A DNA stretch of 64,000 nucleotides from an uncultured Desulfobacter sp. (GCA_963665095.1 OY762069.1:64001-128000); one strand, 5' to 3'; positions 1-10,892 are shown, counted from the first letter of the stretch. Made by a program: numbers and translations. The notes: a model not told the origin generated them from the sequence alone.

Positions 1-801
1 ACGGAACGACGGCTGGATGACGACCAGACGGCCTGGGTGGACCATCTGGTTAAACTGGGGCAGATTAAAAAGGTGTTCAACCGGACCTTTTTTACGGCCG
101 GAGACTCCAGGGAACCAGAGCTGGCCGGTATCTGGGGGGCTGCCTGCGGCTCTTTTTACACCCTTTTTGTCACCCTGGCACTCTCATTTCCCATCGGGGT
201 ATCTGCAGCGGTTTATCTTGAGGAATTTGCCCCGAAAAACAGATGGACCGATCTGATTGAGGTCAATATCAATAACCTGGCGGCGGTGCCCTCCATTGTT
301 TTCGGACTGCTGGGGCTGGCATTTTTTTTAAATGTTATGGGACTGCCGCGGTCTGCCCCGCTGGTGGGCGGACTGGTTCTGACGCTGATGACTCTGCCTA
401 CCATTATTATTGCCAGTCGTGCCTCGCTTAAGGCGGTACCGACTTCCATTCGGGAGGCAGGCCTTGGCATCGGCGCATCCAGGGTCCAGATGGTGGCTCA
501 CCATGTTCTGCCCCAGGCGCTACCGGGGATGCTCACCGGCACCATCATCGGCATGGCCCAGGCCTTGGGGGAAACAGCGCCTTTACTGATGATCGGTATG
601 GTGGCCTTTATTGTGGATATCCCAGCCGGGTTTACGGATCCTTCCACGGTGCTGCCGGTCCAGATATATCTGTGGGCAGACAGTCCTGAAAGGGCGTTTT
701 TGGAAAAAACTTCAGCTGCCATCATGGTACTTTTGATATTTTTGATCTTCATGAATGCGGCAGCTGTGTTTTTAAGAAAGAAATTTGAAAAAAGGCATTA
801 A
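1..801 (+). CDS. pstA: Phosphate ABC transporter permease PstA (5' end outside window)
   Basis: NLAAVPSIVFGLLG and GETAPL motifs; frame open from window start; next to pstS/pstB. Confidence 0.93.
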   Translation, partial: TERRLDDDQTAWVDHLVKLGQIKKVFNRTFFTAGDSREPELAGIWGAACGSFYTLFVTLALSFPIGVSAAVYLEEFAPKNRWTDLIEVNINNLAAVPSIVFGLLGLAFFLNVMGLPRSAPLVGGLVLTLMTLPTIIIASRASLKAVPTSIREAGLGIGASRVQMVAHHVLPQALPGMLTGTIIGMAQALGETAPLLMIGMVAFIVDIPAGFTDPSTVLPVQIYLWADSPERAFLEKTSAAIMVLLIFLIFMNAAAVFLRKKFEKRH

Positions 802-847
802 CGGTTCATCTGAATTTGCTACAGAAAATGGGAGACGGGAGTGACAC

Positions 848-1915
848 ATGAAAAAACGGATTGTTATTTTTATTGCTCTGGCGACTGCTGCAGTGATGCT
901 GGGATCCGGCCAGGCCGGTGCCGGTGCTGCAAGGGACTACATTGCCATTGTCGGATCTTCAACGGTGTATCCATTTGCCACCGTTGTGGCTGAAAATTTT
1001 GGTAAAAAGACCAGTTTTAAAACCCCCAAGGTTGAATCCACCGGGTCCGGAGGCGGACACAAGCTTTTTGGTGCCGGGATCGGCGTGGAACATCCGGATA
1101 TTACCAACTCTTCGGCCAGGATTACAAAAAGCCAGCTGAAAAAAGATTTCAAAAACGGTGTAAATGAGGTTGTTGAAGTCAAAATAGGCTATGACGGGAT
1201 TGTTGTGGCCAACTCAAGGCAGGCAACGGTGTTCAGGCTGACCAGAAAAGATCTTTTTCTTGCCCTGGCCAAGGAGGTGCCGGTCAAAGGTGTTGACAAA
1301 AAGCTTGAGCCCAACCCAAACCAGACCTGGCAGGATGTGAATCCCGGCCTGCCCAATATTAAAATTGAGGTGTTCGGGCCGCCGCCTACGTCCGGTACCC
1401 GGGATGCTTTTGTAGAACTGGCCATGGAAGGCGGCGCTGTAAAATTCGGATGGATTTCCGCATTGAAAAAAGAGGATAAAAGAGCCTATAAGTCCATCTG
1501 CCACACCATCCGTGAAGACGGCGCCTATATTGAGGCCGGGGAAAATGACAACCTCATCGTGGATAAACTGCGCAAAAGTCCCGATGCACTCGGGATCTTC
1601 GGGTTCTCTTTTCTGGACCAGAATACCGACAAGATTCAAGGCTCCTACATAGACGGCGTGCCGCCCACCTTTGACGCCATTGCTGACGGGTCATATCCGG
1701 TATCGCGGCCTTTGTATTTTTATGTTAAAAAGGCACATGTGAATACCATTCCGGGAATGAGAGAGTATTTAGCTGAATTTACAAGTGAGAATGCCTGGGG
1801 AGATGAGGGGTATCTGACGGACAAGGGGCTGATTCCCATGCCGGTGAAAGAGCGGCAGTTTTACAAAAAAGTTGTTGCGGATCTTACGCCGTTAACATTG
1901 CAGGATCTGGATTAA
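848..1915 (+). CDS. pstS: Phosphate ABC transporter substrate-binding protein PstS
   Basis: Signal peptide; GSSTVYP, STGSGGG, SGTRDAF, YPVSRPLY motifs. Confidence 0.93.
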   Translation: MKKRIVIFIALATAAVMLGSGQAGAGAARDYIAIVGSSTVYPFATVVAENFGKKTSFKTPKVESTGSGGGHKLFGAGIGVEHPDITNSSARITKSQLKKDFKNGVNEVVEVKIGYDGIVVANSRQATVFRLTRKDLFLALAKEVPVKGVDKKLEPNPNQTWQDVNPGLPNIKIEVFGPPPTSGTRDAFVELAMEGGAVKFGWISALKKEDKRAYKSICHTIREDGAYIEAGENDNLIVDKLRKSPDALGIFGFSFLDQNTDKIQGSYIDGVPPTFDAIADGSYPVSRPLYFYVKKAHVNTIPGMREYLAEFTSENAWGDEGYLTDKGLIPMPVKERQFYKKVVADLTPLTLQDLD

Positions 1916-1933
1916 GGATATAAAACGTTAAAG

Positions 1934-2791
1934 ATGAATGAGGAAAAAATAGCCGGCTTCCCCACCCGGAGACAGGGACGGCGTCAGCTGGTTGCCAGGC
2001 AGGAACGGGCAACCGTAGGTCAGATGGCGGTGGAAAACCCCCGGATGAGCTGCAGAAATGTCAATGTCTACTATGGCCCGAAAAAAGCCATTAACAATAT
2101 CAGTCTGGATATCGGCTGTAACGAGGTGATCGCCATGATCGGGCCGTCCGGATGTGGAAAATCCACTTTTTTAAGATGTCTGAACCGGATGAACGATACC
2201 ATCGAAGGATGCCAGGTCACAGGGCAGATCCTCATGGACGGCAAAAATATCTATGACAAAGAGGTGGATGTGGTGCCTTTGCGGGCACAGGTGGGTATGG
2301 TTTTTCAGAAGCCCAACCCGTTTCCCAAGTCCATTTATGATAATATTGCCTATGGTCCGAAAATCCACGGGCTGGTTCAGAACAGGGATGAAACCGATGA
2401 ACTGGTGGTGGGCTCCCTGAAGCGGGCCGGGCTCTGGAGTGAGGTAAAGGACCGGCTGGAGCAGCCCGGAACCAGTCTGTCCGGTGGGCAGCAGCAGCGC
2501 CTGTGCATTGCCAGGACCATTGCCGTGAACCCTGAAGTGATTCTCATGGATGAACCCTGTTCCTCCCTGGATCCTATTGCCACAGCCATTATTGAAGAGT
2601 TGATTGACGAGCTTAAGCAGGACTATACCATTGCCATTGTTACCCATTCCATGCAGCAGGCCTCAAGGGTCTCCCAGCGCACCGCATATTTTCATCTCGG
2701 GGATCTGATTGAAGTGGGGCCCACGGAGCAGGTTTTCTTAAATCCGCTGCACCAGCTCACGGAGGACTACATCACCGGCCGGTTTGGTTAA
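1934..2791 (+). CDS. pstB: Phosphate ABC transporter ATPase PstB
   Basis: [37 protein letters not shown]-terminal YITGRFG. Confidence 0.96.
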   Translation: MNEEKIAGFPTRRQGRRQLVARQERATVGQMAVENPRMSCRNVNVYYGPKKAINNISLDIGCNEVIAMIGPSGCGKSTFLRCLNRMNDTIEGCQVTGQILMDGKNIYDKEVDVVPLRAQVGMVFQKPNPFPKSIYDNIAYGPKIHGLVQNRDETDELVVGSLKRAGLWSEVKDRLEQPGTSLSGGQQQRLCIARTIAVNPEVILMDEPCSSLDPIATAIIEELIDELKQDYTIAIVTHSMQQASRVSQRTAYFHLGDLIEVGPTEQVFLNPLHQLTEDYITGRFG

Positions 2792-3171
2792 TATCCCATT
2801 TTATCCGGAATCACACCGCGTACCCCGCCCCTGGGGGCGGGCGTGTCATTGGGGCGCCTGGGGATCAGGTGGACATGGGCATGAAAGATGGTCTGGCCTG
2901 CACAAAGACCACAGTTGATCCCGATGTTAAACCCCTGAACCTCAGCGTCTTTTTCAAGAATTTGTTCTTTCAGTACTTCAATGAGATTTGCGGTATCACT
3001 GCGTTCCTGGTCCGTCATGTCGAAAAAGTCCCGGCAGTGGCGTAAAGGGATGATCAGCATGTGACATCGGCTGACAGGTGTTGAATCCTCAATGGCATAC
3101 ACTGTCCCGCATGTTTTAACAATATGTCCCGAATAATTGCAAAAGGGGCATTGGGAAGACAGTTGAGTCAC
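2788..3171 (-). CDS. HIT family hydrolase
   Basis: CPFC and [10 protein letters not shown] triad; GTG start at 3171 with AGGA upstream (ORF track extends to 3384). Confidence 0.88.
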   Translation of the reverse strand: MTQLSSQCPFCNYSGHIVKTCGTVYAIEDSTPVSRCHMLIIPLRHCRDFFDMTDQERSDTANLIEVLKEQILEKDAEVQGFNIGINCGLCAGQTIFHAHVHLIPRRPNDTPAPRGGVRGVIPDKMGY

Positions 3172-3474
3172 GATGTATCTTTTCCTGATTTTAAAAATTA
3201 GTTGTTTATGATGGTTAAAAACTATAAAAAGGAAAGAGCAAATTTGCAAGCGCTGTTCTGAATCAGATTCTTTTTTACGATGTTTAACCTGCGGGTGGCA
3301 TGATACAATTCTGTATGAGACAGATCCGTTGTCTGGTACACACCGTTTTCTTGGGGAAGCTGGCTGTCCGATTCTTACCTGCATCTGGAACGTATGGGTT
3401 TGGTATGGCTGTAATGATCCATTTTTTCTTAAAGTATCGGCAAAAAATTAAAGGCGTTGTTTTTCCAGCTTACG

Positions 3475-3490
3475 TGGTATGCAATTTGCT
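3475..3490 (+). promoter_or_regulatory. Putative sigma54 -24/-12 promoter
   Basis: TGGTATGCAATTTGCT upstream of the ferritin-like gene. Confidence 0.6.
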
Positions 3491-3649
3491 GATAAACGGT
3501 ATGTTATTTTGTATGAAAATGGGTAAGCAATCGAAATATGTACCCCGTGGCGGGATAAGGCTTGACAGGCAGGCCATGTGGATGGTCCTATTTTGATTGG
3601 TCGGTTCAATTAAAGGATGATAATACTATAATAAGGAGGTTAAGATCAG

Positions 3650-4111
3650 ATGAATTTTCAATCAATTGATGAGATACTTACATTCGCCATTGACCGGGAA
3701 AAAGAAGCCGTTGAATTTTATGCAGCTCTTGCCAATGAGGCAACTTCCAAAGCGTTAAAGCAGACCTTTGTTGATTTCTCCAAAGAAGAAGGCAAGCATG
3801 TGGCACTACTCAGCGATATTGCCGGGAACAAGGAGATGATTGACAGCTATGAAATTAAAAACATCCCTGACCTGAAAATCAGCAACTATCAGGTCGAGAC
3901 AACCTACGAAACCGGTATGCCCATGCCTGAAATTCTCAGACTTGCCATGAAAAGAGAGGAAAAATCAGTAAAACTCTACCAGACCATGGCAGACCAGACA
4001 GACAATGCCGATGCGAAAAAAGTTTTTCAGGTGCTTTCCCAGGAAGAATCCAAGCATAAACTTGGCCTTGAAACCATGTATGATGATTACCTGGCGGATC
4101 AGGACAGCTAA
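3650..4111 (+). CDS. Ferritin-like/rubrerythrin family protein
   Basis: Two ExxH motifs (EEGKH, EESKH); RBS AAGGAGG. Confidence 0.88.
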   Translation: MNFQSIDEILTFAIDREKEAVEFYAALANEATSKALKQTFVDFSKEEGKHVALLSDIAGNKEMIDSYEIKNIPDLKISNYQVETTYETGMPMPEILRLAMKREEKSVKLYQTMADQTDNADAKKVFQVLSQEESKHKLGLETMYDDYLADQDS

Positions 4112-4186
4112 GCGCGGGATATGCGTCCGGGCCAGCTCAGGATCAAAAAGATACCTGACAGGCCTTGGCATACTTTCCGATAATTG

Positions 4187-4227
4187 AACCCGGGGCGTTG
4201 ACAAAAACGTGATTCCCCGGGTTTTTT
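4187..4227 (+). terminator. Putative intrinsic terminator
   Basis: AACCCGGGG...CCCCGGGTT followed by T run. Confidence 0.55.
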
Positions 4228-4322
4228 ATTGATCCCGGCCGGTTGTTTGTTTTATTTCTATTCTTGCCTGCTGTTTTTTTGCAGCAGGCAAATGCTAACA
4301 CAATTAAGGAAAAGAACACCTG

Positions 4323-5114
4323 ATGACGCAAAAAAAACAATTGAAATTGATTTCCTGGAATGTGAATGGTCTTCGGGCTGTAGTTAAAAAGGAGTTCTTT
4401 GATTCTGTCGCCGGTATGGACCCGGATATCCTCATGCTTCAGGAGACAAAGCTGCAGGAAAGCCAGCGCAGTGACGAGTTGATCCGGTTTGGTGACTATG
4501 ACAGCTTCTGGGGGTACTCAACCGTCAAAAAAGGATACTCAGGGGTCGCTGCCTATACGCTCATTACCCCTGATGCTGTAACCACTGAATTTGGAAAACC
4601 TGAATATGACGGTGAGGGCAGGGTGATCCAGATGGATTTCCCCGCCTTTGTCCTGTTCAATATCTATTTTCCCAACGGTCAGATGAGTGATGAGCGCCTG
4701 GCATACAAGCTTGGATTTTATGAATGGCTTCTGGGATATACTGAAAAACTCAGGGAAGAGGGAAAATCAATCATTATCACCGGAGATTTTAACACAGCCC
4801 ACAATGAGATTGACTTGAAAAACCCAGGCCCCAACTCCAACCGGTCCGGATTTTTACGGATTGAGCGTGATGTGCTCGACCGGATGGTGGAGATGGGGTA
4901 TGTGGACACCTTTCGGCATTTTTATCCTGACACTGTAAAATATTCGTGGTGGTCCTACCGGTTTAACGCCCGGAAGAACAATGCCGGGTGGCGCATCGAC
5001 TATTTCTTTGCCACCCGGGATCTGATTGAAAAAGGCATTGTTAAAGACGCGTTTATTAATAATGATATTTTCGGGTCTGACCACTGTCCTGTGGGGCTGG
5101 TGATCGAAGTATAA
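4323..5114 (+). CDS. xth: Exodeoxyribonuclease III
   Basis: SWNVNGLRA, LQETK, GDFNTAH, GWRIDYF, GSDHCPV. Confidence 0.95.
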   Translation: MTQKKQLKLISWNVNGLRAVVKKEFFDSVAGMDPDILMLQETKLQESQRSDELIRFGDYDSFWGYSTVKKGYSGVAAYTLITPDAVTTEFGKPEYDGEGRVIQMDFPAFVLFNIYFPNGQMSDERLAYKLGFYEWLLGYTEKLREEGKSIIITGDFNTAHNEIDLKNPGPNSNRSGFLRIERDVLDRMVEMGYVDTFRHFYPDTVKYSWWSYRFNARKNNAGWRIDYFFATRDLIEKGIVKDAFINNDIFGSDHCPVGLVIEV

Positions 5115-5122
5115 GGTTTAAT

Positions 5123-5809
5123 TCAATCTTTAAAGACAAGCTTGCCGCCAATATGGCCTGCCACCCCGGCCGCACCCAGCATGACAAGGTTGACCAGAAT
5201 AAAAACCCATGCCCTGTCGGATGTTAATACGTCCGGGTTCACAAGGTACCATATGATTGACACCATGCAGGCTGAGGTGGTAATCGCCGCTGCCATAATT
5301 TTGATTTTAAAAATTGAGGTGGCGGCTTTTCCGTATTTTTTTGTCCATTCCAGGTATCCGGAAAACAGGACCACAGGAAGCGATAGCACTACAAAAACAA
5401 GATTAATGTATCCCGCCTTTGCAAACAAAGTGGCGCCGGACAACCATGAAATAATGAACAGGGCCACAACAACCGGGATGATACCGTTTGGCATGTGTAC
5501 GGTTACCGGATGGGCATGGTGCTTTACCATCTGGTCGGCAGCCTTGTCATAAAATGTACCGGCAGGGACAGGGGGCTGTTCAGAAAGGTTCGCCTGATTT
5601 GTTTCAGGTTCTGGCTCCCCTGATGTCGGGACCTTCTCTGGGGATGGTTCTGCAGCCTTTTCAGCGGGGGCAGCCGCACTTTCCGGTTTTTTTTCTTCAT
5701 CTTCCAGCAGAATAAATTTACTGCTGTCCACCCCGCATACCGGGCATTTTTCAGGGGGTTCATCTCCTTTGTGGATATACTTGCACACAGAGCACTGCCA
5801 TCTTTTCAT
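5123..5809 (-). CDS. Rubredoxin-like domain fused to DUF2231-like membrane domain
   Basis: WQCSVC...CPVCG, low-complexity linker, HPVTVHMP, four TM helices, GHIGGKLVF. Confidence 0.75.
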   Translation of the reverse strand: MKRWQCSVCKYIHKGDEPPEKCPVCGVDSSKFILLEDEEKKPESAAAPAEKAAEPSPEKVPTSGEPEPETNQANLSEQPPVPAGTFYDKAADQMVKHHAHPVTVHMPNGIIPVVVALFIISWLSGATLFAKAGYINLVFVVLSLPVVLFSGYLEWTKKYGKAATSIFKIKIMAAAITTSACMVSIIWYLVNPDVLTSDRAWVFILVNLVMLGAAGVAGHIGGKLVFKD

Positions 5810-5832
5810 GGGGGATCCTTTCACTATTGTCA

Positions 5833-7020
5833 TTACCTGTTATCAATCTCTACATATGCACACTCATCCGGACCGCAATATTCACCGACATAAGCAGCCC
5901 CGGGCCTGTATAGGGAAGGTTTGGGTGCTGCCATGGCATATTGTTCCTCAATTACATGGGCGGCCCAGCCACTGACCCTGGATACGGCAAACAACGGGGT
6001 AAAAAGATCTGTGGCAATACCCATGGCATTGAACAGGGATGCGGAATAAAAATCGACATTGCAGTAGATGTCGCGCTGTTTGCGCTGTTTAAAGGCGGCC
6101 TTGCCCTTGACTTCCAGTGCCCGGGACAGTTCATACCAGGTGGTATCCCCGGCAATCTCTCCCATCCTTTTGCTCATAGGAGCAAGGATGCCGGCCCTTG
6201 GATCGTCAGTCTGGTAAACGGCATGGCCCAACCCCATGATCAGACCGCCGGAATCAAGAATCTTGGAGATATAGGTGTTAATGTTCTCCTGGCTGCCGAT
6301 CTCCTTGAGCATTTTCATTACCCGGACATTGGCTCCGCCGTGCAGGGGGCCGGACAGGGAGCCGATTGCCGCGCTGATGGCTGCGTAAATATGGGCTTTG
6401 GTGGAGGCCACCTGCCGGGCCGTAAATGTTGATGCGTTAAATGAGTGTTCCGCATGCAGGACAAGGCTTGCATCAAAAAAGCGGGCTGTTTCCTCATCTG
6501 GGGCAGTACCTTTCAGCATATAAAGGAAGTTGGCAGCATGGCTTAAGTCCGGGTCGGGCGGAACCGGACTTTTTTGGTTTCTGATCCGATCCCAGGCTGC
6601 AGTCAGGGTGGCCATTCCGGCAATGAGGATTTCGGCGCTGTTCAGGGTATGGGTCAACTCCTGGCTGCCGGCATTGGGATCGTTCTGGACCAGCAGAGGT
6701 GTTGCTGCCTGGAGTACGTCCATGGGGGCCATATCCCGGGGCAGTGCTGCCAGGAATGAAAGAATATTATCCGGAACCTGCCGCTTTTCTGCAAGGCTGC
6801 GGGTAAAATCTGCCAGCTCCTGCCGGGTGGGCAGGCGTTCATATAAAAGCAGAAAACAGGTCTCTTCAAAGGTTGTATTTTCTGCCAGGGTCTGAACCGG
6901 ATAACCCCGGTATATCAGTTTGCCTTCCTTGCCTTTGACGTCACATATTTTCGAACTTGCAACTTCAACACCTCTTAGTCCGGTATTCAGAACCGGGGTG
7001 CAACTCACATCATTTTCCAT
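5833..7020 (-). CDS. gltA: Citrate synthase (or 2-methylcitrate synthase)
   Basis: LHAEHSFNASTF, GPLHGGAN, GLGHAVY, DPRA, NVDFYS. Confidence 0.88.
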   Translation of the reverse strand: MENDVSCTPVLNTGLRGVEVASSKICDVKGKEGKLIYRGYPVQTLAENTTFEETCFLLLYERLPTRQELADFTRSLAEKRQVPDNILSFLAALPRDMAPMDVLQAATPLLVQNDPNAGSQELTHTLNSAEILIAGMATLTAAWDRIRNQKSPVPPDPDLSHAANFLYMLKGTAPDEETARFFDASLVLHAEHSFNASTFTARQVASTKAHIYAAISAAIGSLSGPLHGGANVRVMKMLKEIGSQENINTYISKILDSGGLIMGLGHAVYQTDDPRAGILAPMSKRMGEIAGDTTWYELSRALEVKGKAAFKQRKQRDIYCNVDFYSASLFNAMGIATDLFTPLFAVSRVSGWAAHVIEEQYAMAAPKPSLYRPGAAYVGEYCGPDECAYVEIDNR

Positions 7021-7102
7021 GGCTGCCTCCTTTGGCTTGCGTAATCAAAGCAGACAAAAAATTTAGCTTTAATCATACGCCGGAATTTGCAAAAAAAAAA
7101 AA

Positions 7103-7432
7103 TTAAAAGATTTTTTCAGGGGGCCGTCTTTCTGGAACGTATTCAGGTACCACTTCATTGTTATTGACCTGTTTTGAAACATAAAGTCCGCAGTAACAGG
7201 TGCCGAATTCCGCCATGTCCGGCTCGCGGTATACACAGGGACAGATAATGTCCTTATCAAGCTCTTTGTCCCCGCAGGCAAGCCTGCATGGACAGGCCAT
7301 ATACCCGTAGCGTTCCTTGTTGAGCAAAAGGCTTTCCAACAGTTCAAACACAAGATCCCTGTCCTTGTTAAAATAAGCCCCTCTGGCCTCCTGAGTTTTC
7401 TTCAATGCGTTATAAAGCTCATCCACTTTCAT
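7103..7432 (-). CDS. Ferredoxin:thioredoxin reductase catalytic subunit-like protein
   Basis: CPC...CPC...CYC motif set. Confidence 0.88.
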   Translation of the reverse strand: MKVDELYNALKKTQEARGAYFNKDRDLVFELLESLLLNKERYGYMACPCRLACGDKELDKDIICPCVYREPDMAEFGTCYCGLYVSKQVNNNEVVPEYVPERRPPEKIF

Positions 7433-7692
7433 TTGGTAATTCCCAATGCTGTTTTGATTTCCTTTTCCTTGTTTCCGACAATAACCGTATCACTGTTGAT
7501 TTTTATTGTGGGGAACGAACATCTCGGGTTCAGCGCCTTAACCTGGGCTAAAACATCTTTGCGCGCATCTCCTGACAGATCATCCACCTGAACATACTCG
7601 TAGTCTATATTGTACTTATCCAGAAGTTTTCTGGTCGCCCTGCAGTGACTGCAGGTGCTCAATCCGTAAAGTGTTGGGGTTTGATTGCCCAT
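7429..7692 (-). CDS. Glutaredoxin (NrdH-like)
   Basis: CSHC motif, SFPTI; RBS AAGGAG before ATG 7692. Confidence 0.88.
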   Translation of the reverse strand: MGNQTPTLYGLSTCSHCRATRKLLDKYNIDYEYVQVDDLSGDARKDVLAQVKALNPRCSFPTIKINSDTVIVGNKEKEIKTALGITK

Positions 7693-7733
7693 TGGATTTT
7701 CTCCTTGAATGGTTAGGTCTTGCCTGTTTGTAC

Positions 7734-7749
7734 TGCATAGGCCATGCCG
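7734..7749 (-). promoter_or_regulatory. Putative sigma54 -24/-12 promoter of grx-ftr-gltA unit
   Basis: CGGCATGGCCTATGCA on minus strand. Confidence 0.5.
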
Positions 7750-7881
7750 TTTTTGTTGCATATTCCATACCGGTCTGGCAAGCTGAAATTTATTGGTTTG
7801 TTCTGGCGGGCCTGAGGCTTTGCCTTGATACCGCCGTTGTATATATTCAGGTCGCCTGAAAATCGGTGGGTTGGGATGCCA

Positions 7882-7897
7882 TGGCCTGTGATTTGCA
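7882..7897 (+). promoter_or_regulatory. Putative sigma54 -24/-12 promoter
   Basis: TGGCCTGTGATTTGCA upstream of ATG 7955. Confidence 0.65.
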
Positions 7898-7954
7898 TCC
7901 AGTTCATCAGTTTAATAAAGTTAATGGTCCTTATTTCCCAAGGAGGTTGTCTCA

Positions 7955-9172
7955 ATGGCGTTATGGTATTGTTCTGTATGTCATAAGGAATATGATCAGC
8001 CTGATAAACCCGAAAATTGCACAAACTGTCAGTCTGATCACCGGATGATTTTGTCAAGAAAGGATCTGCCGGACACCCTGGAAGGTGTCCGGGATCTGGC
8101 AAGGAAGAAAATGAAGGGTATTTGTGCGGTTTACCCCTTCTGTGACGGCAGTATGGACAAGATCTGCCAGAGGGAGAGTTATGGCAAGCCCATTGGGTTG
8201 GGCGGTACCGGTAAGGGGCTGTCATTTAAAAATAATGTCCAGGCCCTGGATGCTGTGAATCTGAACATGTCGGTTATTGGCGATCATTTTGAGCCCGATA
8301 CCAGAACATCGTTTCTCGGGCTGGATCTTGCCATGCCGGTGCTTCCCGCTTCCACTGCCGGGGCTGGAAAGTATAACGATGCGTTAAGTGAGACAGATTT
8401 CTGCAAGGCCGTACTCATGGGCGCTCGGGATGCCGGAACCATAGCCCTGCGCGGGGATACCTGGTTTTATACCCCTGATCACAATCCTGCGCTCAATGCC
8501 ATTGAGGGGTGCGGCGGATACGGCATTCCTATTTTTAAACCGCGATCCCAGGATGTGCTGAAAATCCTCATCGAAAAGGCCCTGAAGCTGGGGTGCCGGG
8601 CGGTGGGGGTAGATCTGGACGGGGCTGGTTCCACAATCATGGCCCGGCATGGACAGCCCGTATTCAGGAAAAGTGTCAAAGACATTGAAGCACTGGTCCG
8701 GTTCGCCGGCATCCCTTTTATTGCCAAAGGCATCATGCGGCCGGATGAGGCACAAATGTGCGCCGATGCAGGTGTTGCGGCAGTGGGGGTGTCAAACCAT
8801 GGGGGGCGCGTTCTGGACAGCACGCCCGGAACCGCAACCGTGCTTCCCATGATCCGGGCCCGGGTGGGTAATGATCTGGTTCTCACTGTGGACGGCGGTG
8901 TCAGGACAGGCTTTGATGTGCTGAAAATGCTGGCCTTGGGTGCCAATGCCGTTTTTCTGGGACGGGATATTATTCGTGCGGCAGTGGGTGGCGGTGCTTA
9001 CGGAGTGCGTCTTCATCTGGCACATATTGAAAAGATTTTAAAAAAGGCCATGTTTATGACCGGGATGAAAGATGTGGCATCCATTAACCCGGACATTTTA
9101 TTTAATTCAAATTTTAAAAGTCTTGAAAACGATGTAACAAATGAAGAGGAGGGAACATGGGAAAAGTTTTAA
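7955..9172 (+). CDS. FMN-dependent alpha-hydroxy acid dehydrogenase family protein with N-terminal rubredoxin-like domain
   Basis: KGI, VSNHGGRVLD, DGGVRTG, GR motifs; N-terminal CSVC...CTNC. Confidence 0.85.
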   Translation: MALWYCSVCHKEYDQPDKPENCTNCQSDHRMILSRKDLPDTLEGVRDLARKKMKGICAVYPFCDGSMDKICQRESYGKPIGLGGTGKGLSFKNNVQALDAVNLNMSVIGDHFEPDTRTSFLGLDLAMPVLPASTAGAGKYNDALSETDFCKAVLMGARDAGTIALRGDTWFYTPDHNPALNAIEGCGGYGIPIFKPRSQDVLKILIEKALKLGCRAVGVDLDGAGSTIMARHGQPVFRKSVKDIEALVRFAGIPFIAKGIMRPDEAQMCADAGVAAVGVSNHGGRVLDSTPGTATVLPMIRARVGNDLVLTVDGGVRTGFDVLKMLALGANAVFLGRDIIRAAVGGGAYGVRLHLAHIEKILKKAMFMTGMKDVASINPDILFNSNFKSLENDVTNEEEGTWEKF

Positions 9173-9594
9173 TTGTTTATGCGACAAGAGCCGGGGCAAC
9201 GCAGGGCATTGCCGATCTGATTGCCGAAGGTGTCAGGATCAGCGGCCATGAAGTGGTAATAAAAAAAGTTACAGAGATCAGTGGGGCCAAAGATCTTGAA
9301 GGATACGATGCGTATCTGTTTGGCTCCTCCACCTATCACGGTGAAATGATCTCTTCCATGAAACAGTTGCTGTTTATTGCCGAGCAGGCTGAACTGAGCG
9401 GGAAGCCGGCAGGGGCATTTGGTTCCTACGGATGGAGCGGGGAAGCGGCTGAAAGGATTTTTGAGACCATGGCACATATTTTTAGAATGTCTATGGTCCC
9501 TGACGGTCCCCTGATGCTCAAGGCGTCCCATCTTGAAGGCGGAATCAAGGCTGCGCATGGGTACGGAAAAAGTATCTGTGCCATGATGGGGTAG
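9157..9594 (+). CDS. Flavodoxin
   Basis: YATRAGAT loop, GSSTYHG, AFGSYGWSG. Confidence 0.88.
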   Translation: MGKVLIVYATRAGATQGIADLIAEGVRISGHEVVIKKVTEISGAKDLEGYDAYLFGSSTYHGEMISSMKQLLFIAEQAELSGKPAGAFGSYGWSGEAAERIFETMAHIFRMSMVPDGPLMLKASHLEGGIKAAHGYGKSICAMMG

Positions 9595-9628
9595 TTGGTT
9601 TGGCTGTTATGGTTTAAGGACAGATGCA

Positions 9629-10642
9629 TTGCCGTATTTAGAGGAACCGGAGTTAAAAGAGCTGGACCGTCCTGATTTTCTTGAGTGGCTGGACCGGTTG
9701 TGGGGAATAAAGGTAAAAAAGGCCCGCCCTGATATGCCAATTCAGGGAAGTCCGGAACGCGCTTTATCCCGAGCTGTTTTTCAGGATCAGGGCGGCGCTT
9801 TATTTTTGCTGGAGAAATTTGCCCCGAATAAATTTGAGATGCGCGCCAGGGTTGCCGGAACCCTGGCGTATTTAAACAGGAACGGATTTCCTCTTGTCAT
9901 CTGTCCTGAATATATCCGTTCGCATACCAGCGAACTAAGAAAAGAGTCTCTATCATTCTGGGGGAATGCCTTTTTTCAGATAACACGGTTTTTGCCGGAT
10001 AGTACGGCACTGCCCCGGCCAGGCTGGCTTGAATCCCGGTCAGTGGGAAAGGCAATGGCCAAGGCACTGATCTCCATGTATCAGGCTGCTGCAGGAATTA
10101 AGCACCATATAGCCTTTCCGGTATTCTCCATCGTGACGTACATATATAAGCTGTTTGAGGATATGAAAATCCACCACCCTGCTTCGTACGCACGCTACTT
10201 ACCCATGCTTGAATTCCTTGAAAATGAGTTCATGGCTGGCCACCAGCGGTTGCCAGCCGTTTTCTGCCACGGGGATTTTCATCCGCTTAATGTATTGTGG
10301 CAGGGTTCTGACGTCATGGCTGTCATTGATTGGGAATTCACAGGAATCAAACCGGATTGTTACGATGCAGCGAATCTGATTGGATGCGCTGGAATCGAGC
10401 ATCCAGAGGGTCTGGCCAAGCCCATGGTGATTGAATTCCTCAACACTTTGCGAGAGACGCAAATCGTCAGTCCGTCAGGATGGCGGTGGTTACCGGAGTT
10501 CGTTTTAGCCCTGCGTTTCGCATGGCTTTGCGAGTGGTTGAGAAAGCAGGATGAGCAGATGTTGGAAACTGAAGCCGTATATATGGAGATCCTCATTCGT
10601 CACATGGAAGACTTAAGAGATATCTGGGGGATAAAAAAGTAA
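9629..10642 (+). CDS. Aminoglycoside phosphotransferase / type II homoserine kinase-like protein
   Basis: HGDFHPLN and IDWE kinase motifs. Confidence 0.8.
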   Translation: MPYLEEPELKELDRPDFLEWLDRLWGIKVKKARPDMPIQGSPERALSRAVFQDQGGALFLLEKFAPNKFEMRARVAGTLAYLNRNGFPLVICPEYIRSHTSELRKESLSFWGNAFFQITRFLPDSTALPRPGWLESRSVGKAMAKALISMYQAAAGIKHHIAFPVFSIVTYIYKLFEDMKIHHPASYARYLPMLEFLENEFMAGHQRLPAVFCHGDFHPLNVLWQGSDVMAVIDWEFTGIKPDCYDAANLIGCAGIEHPEGLAKPMVIEFLNTLRETQIVSPSGWRWLPEFVLALRFAWLCEWLRKQDEQMLETEAVYMEILIRHMEDLRDIWGIKK

Positions 10643-10876
10643 TTTTATCCTTGATTTTTGTTTTCGCAATCTGTTATTGTCATGATAACTCATCTATTAA
10701 TCGAAAAAATTAACATTAATTTACGAAAAATCGCTTCACAGGTAATCGTGCTGTTTTGTGGGAATGCCTTTCACTGATATGTACCTGTATTTGATGGGAA
10801 TTCCCTGAAAACGGTTGTTTGGCTGATACGCAGGCCGGTGGCTGTCGCGGCTGCACAGCAGGTTTATGGTTTACTA

Positions 10877-10892
10877 TGGTATGCACCTTGCA
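10877..10892 (+). promoter_or_regulatory. Putative sigma54 -24/-12 promoter
   Basis: TGGTATGCACCTTGCA. Confidence 0.6.

Noticed and set aside
37..2791. pstS placed between pstA and pstB
   Set aside because: Order variation in pst operons is common; not considered novel
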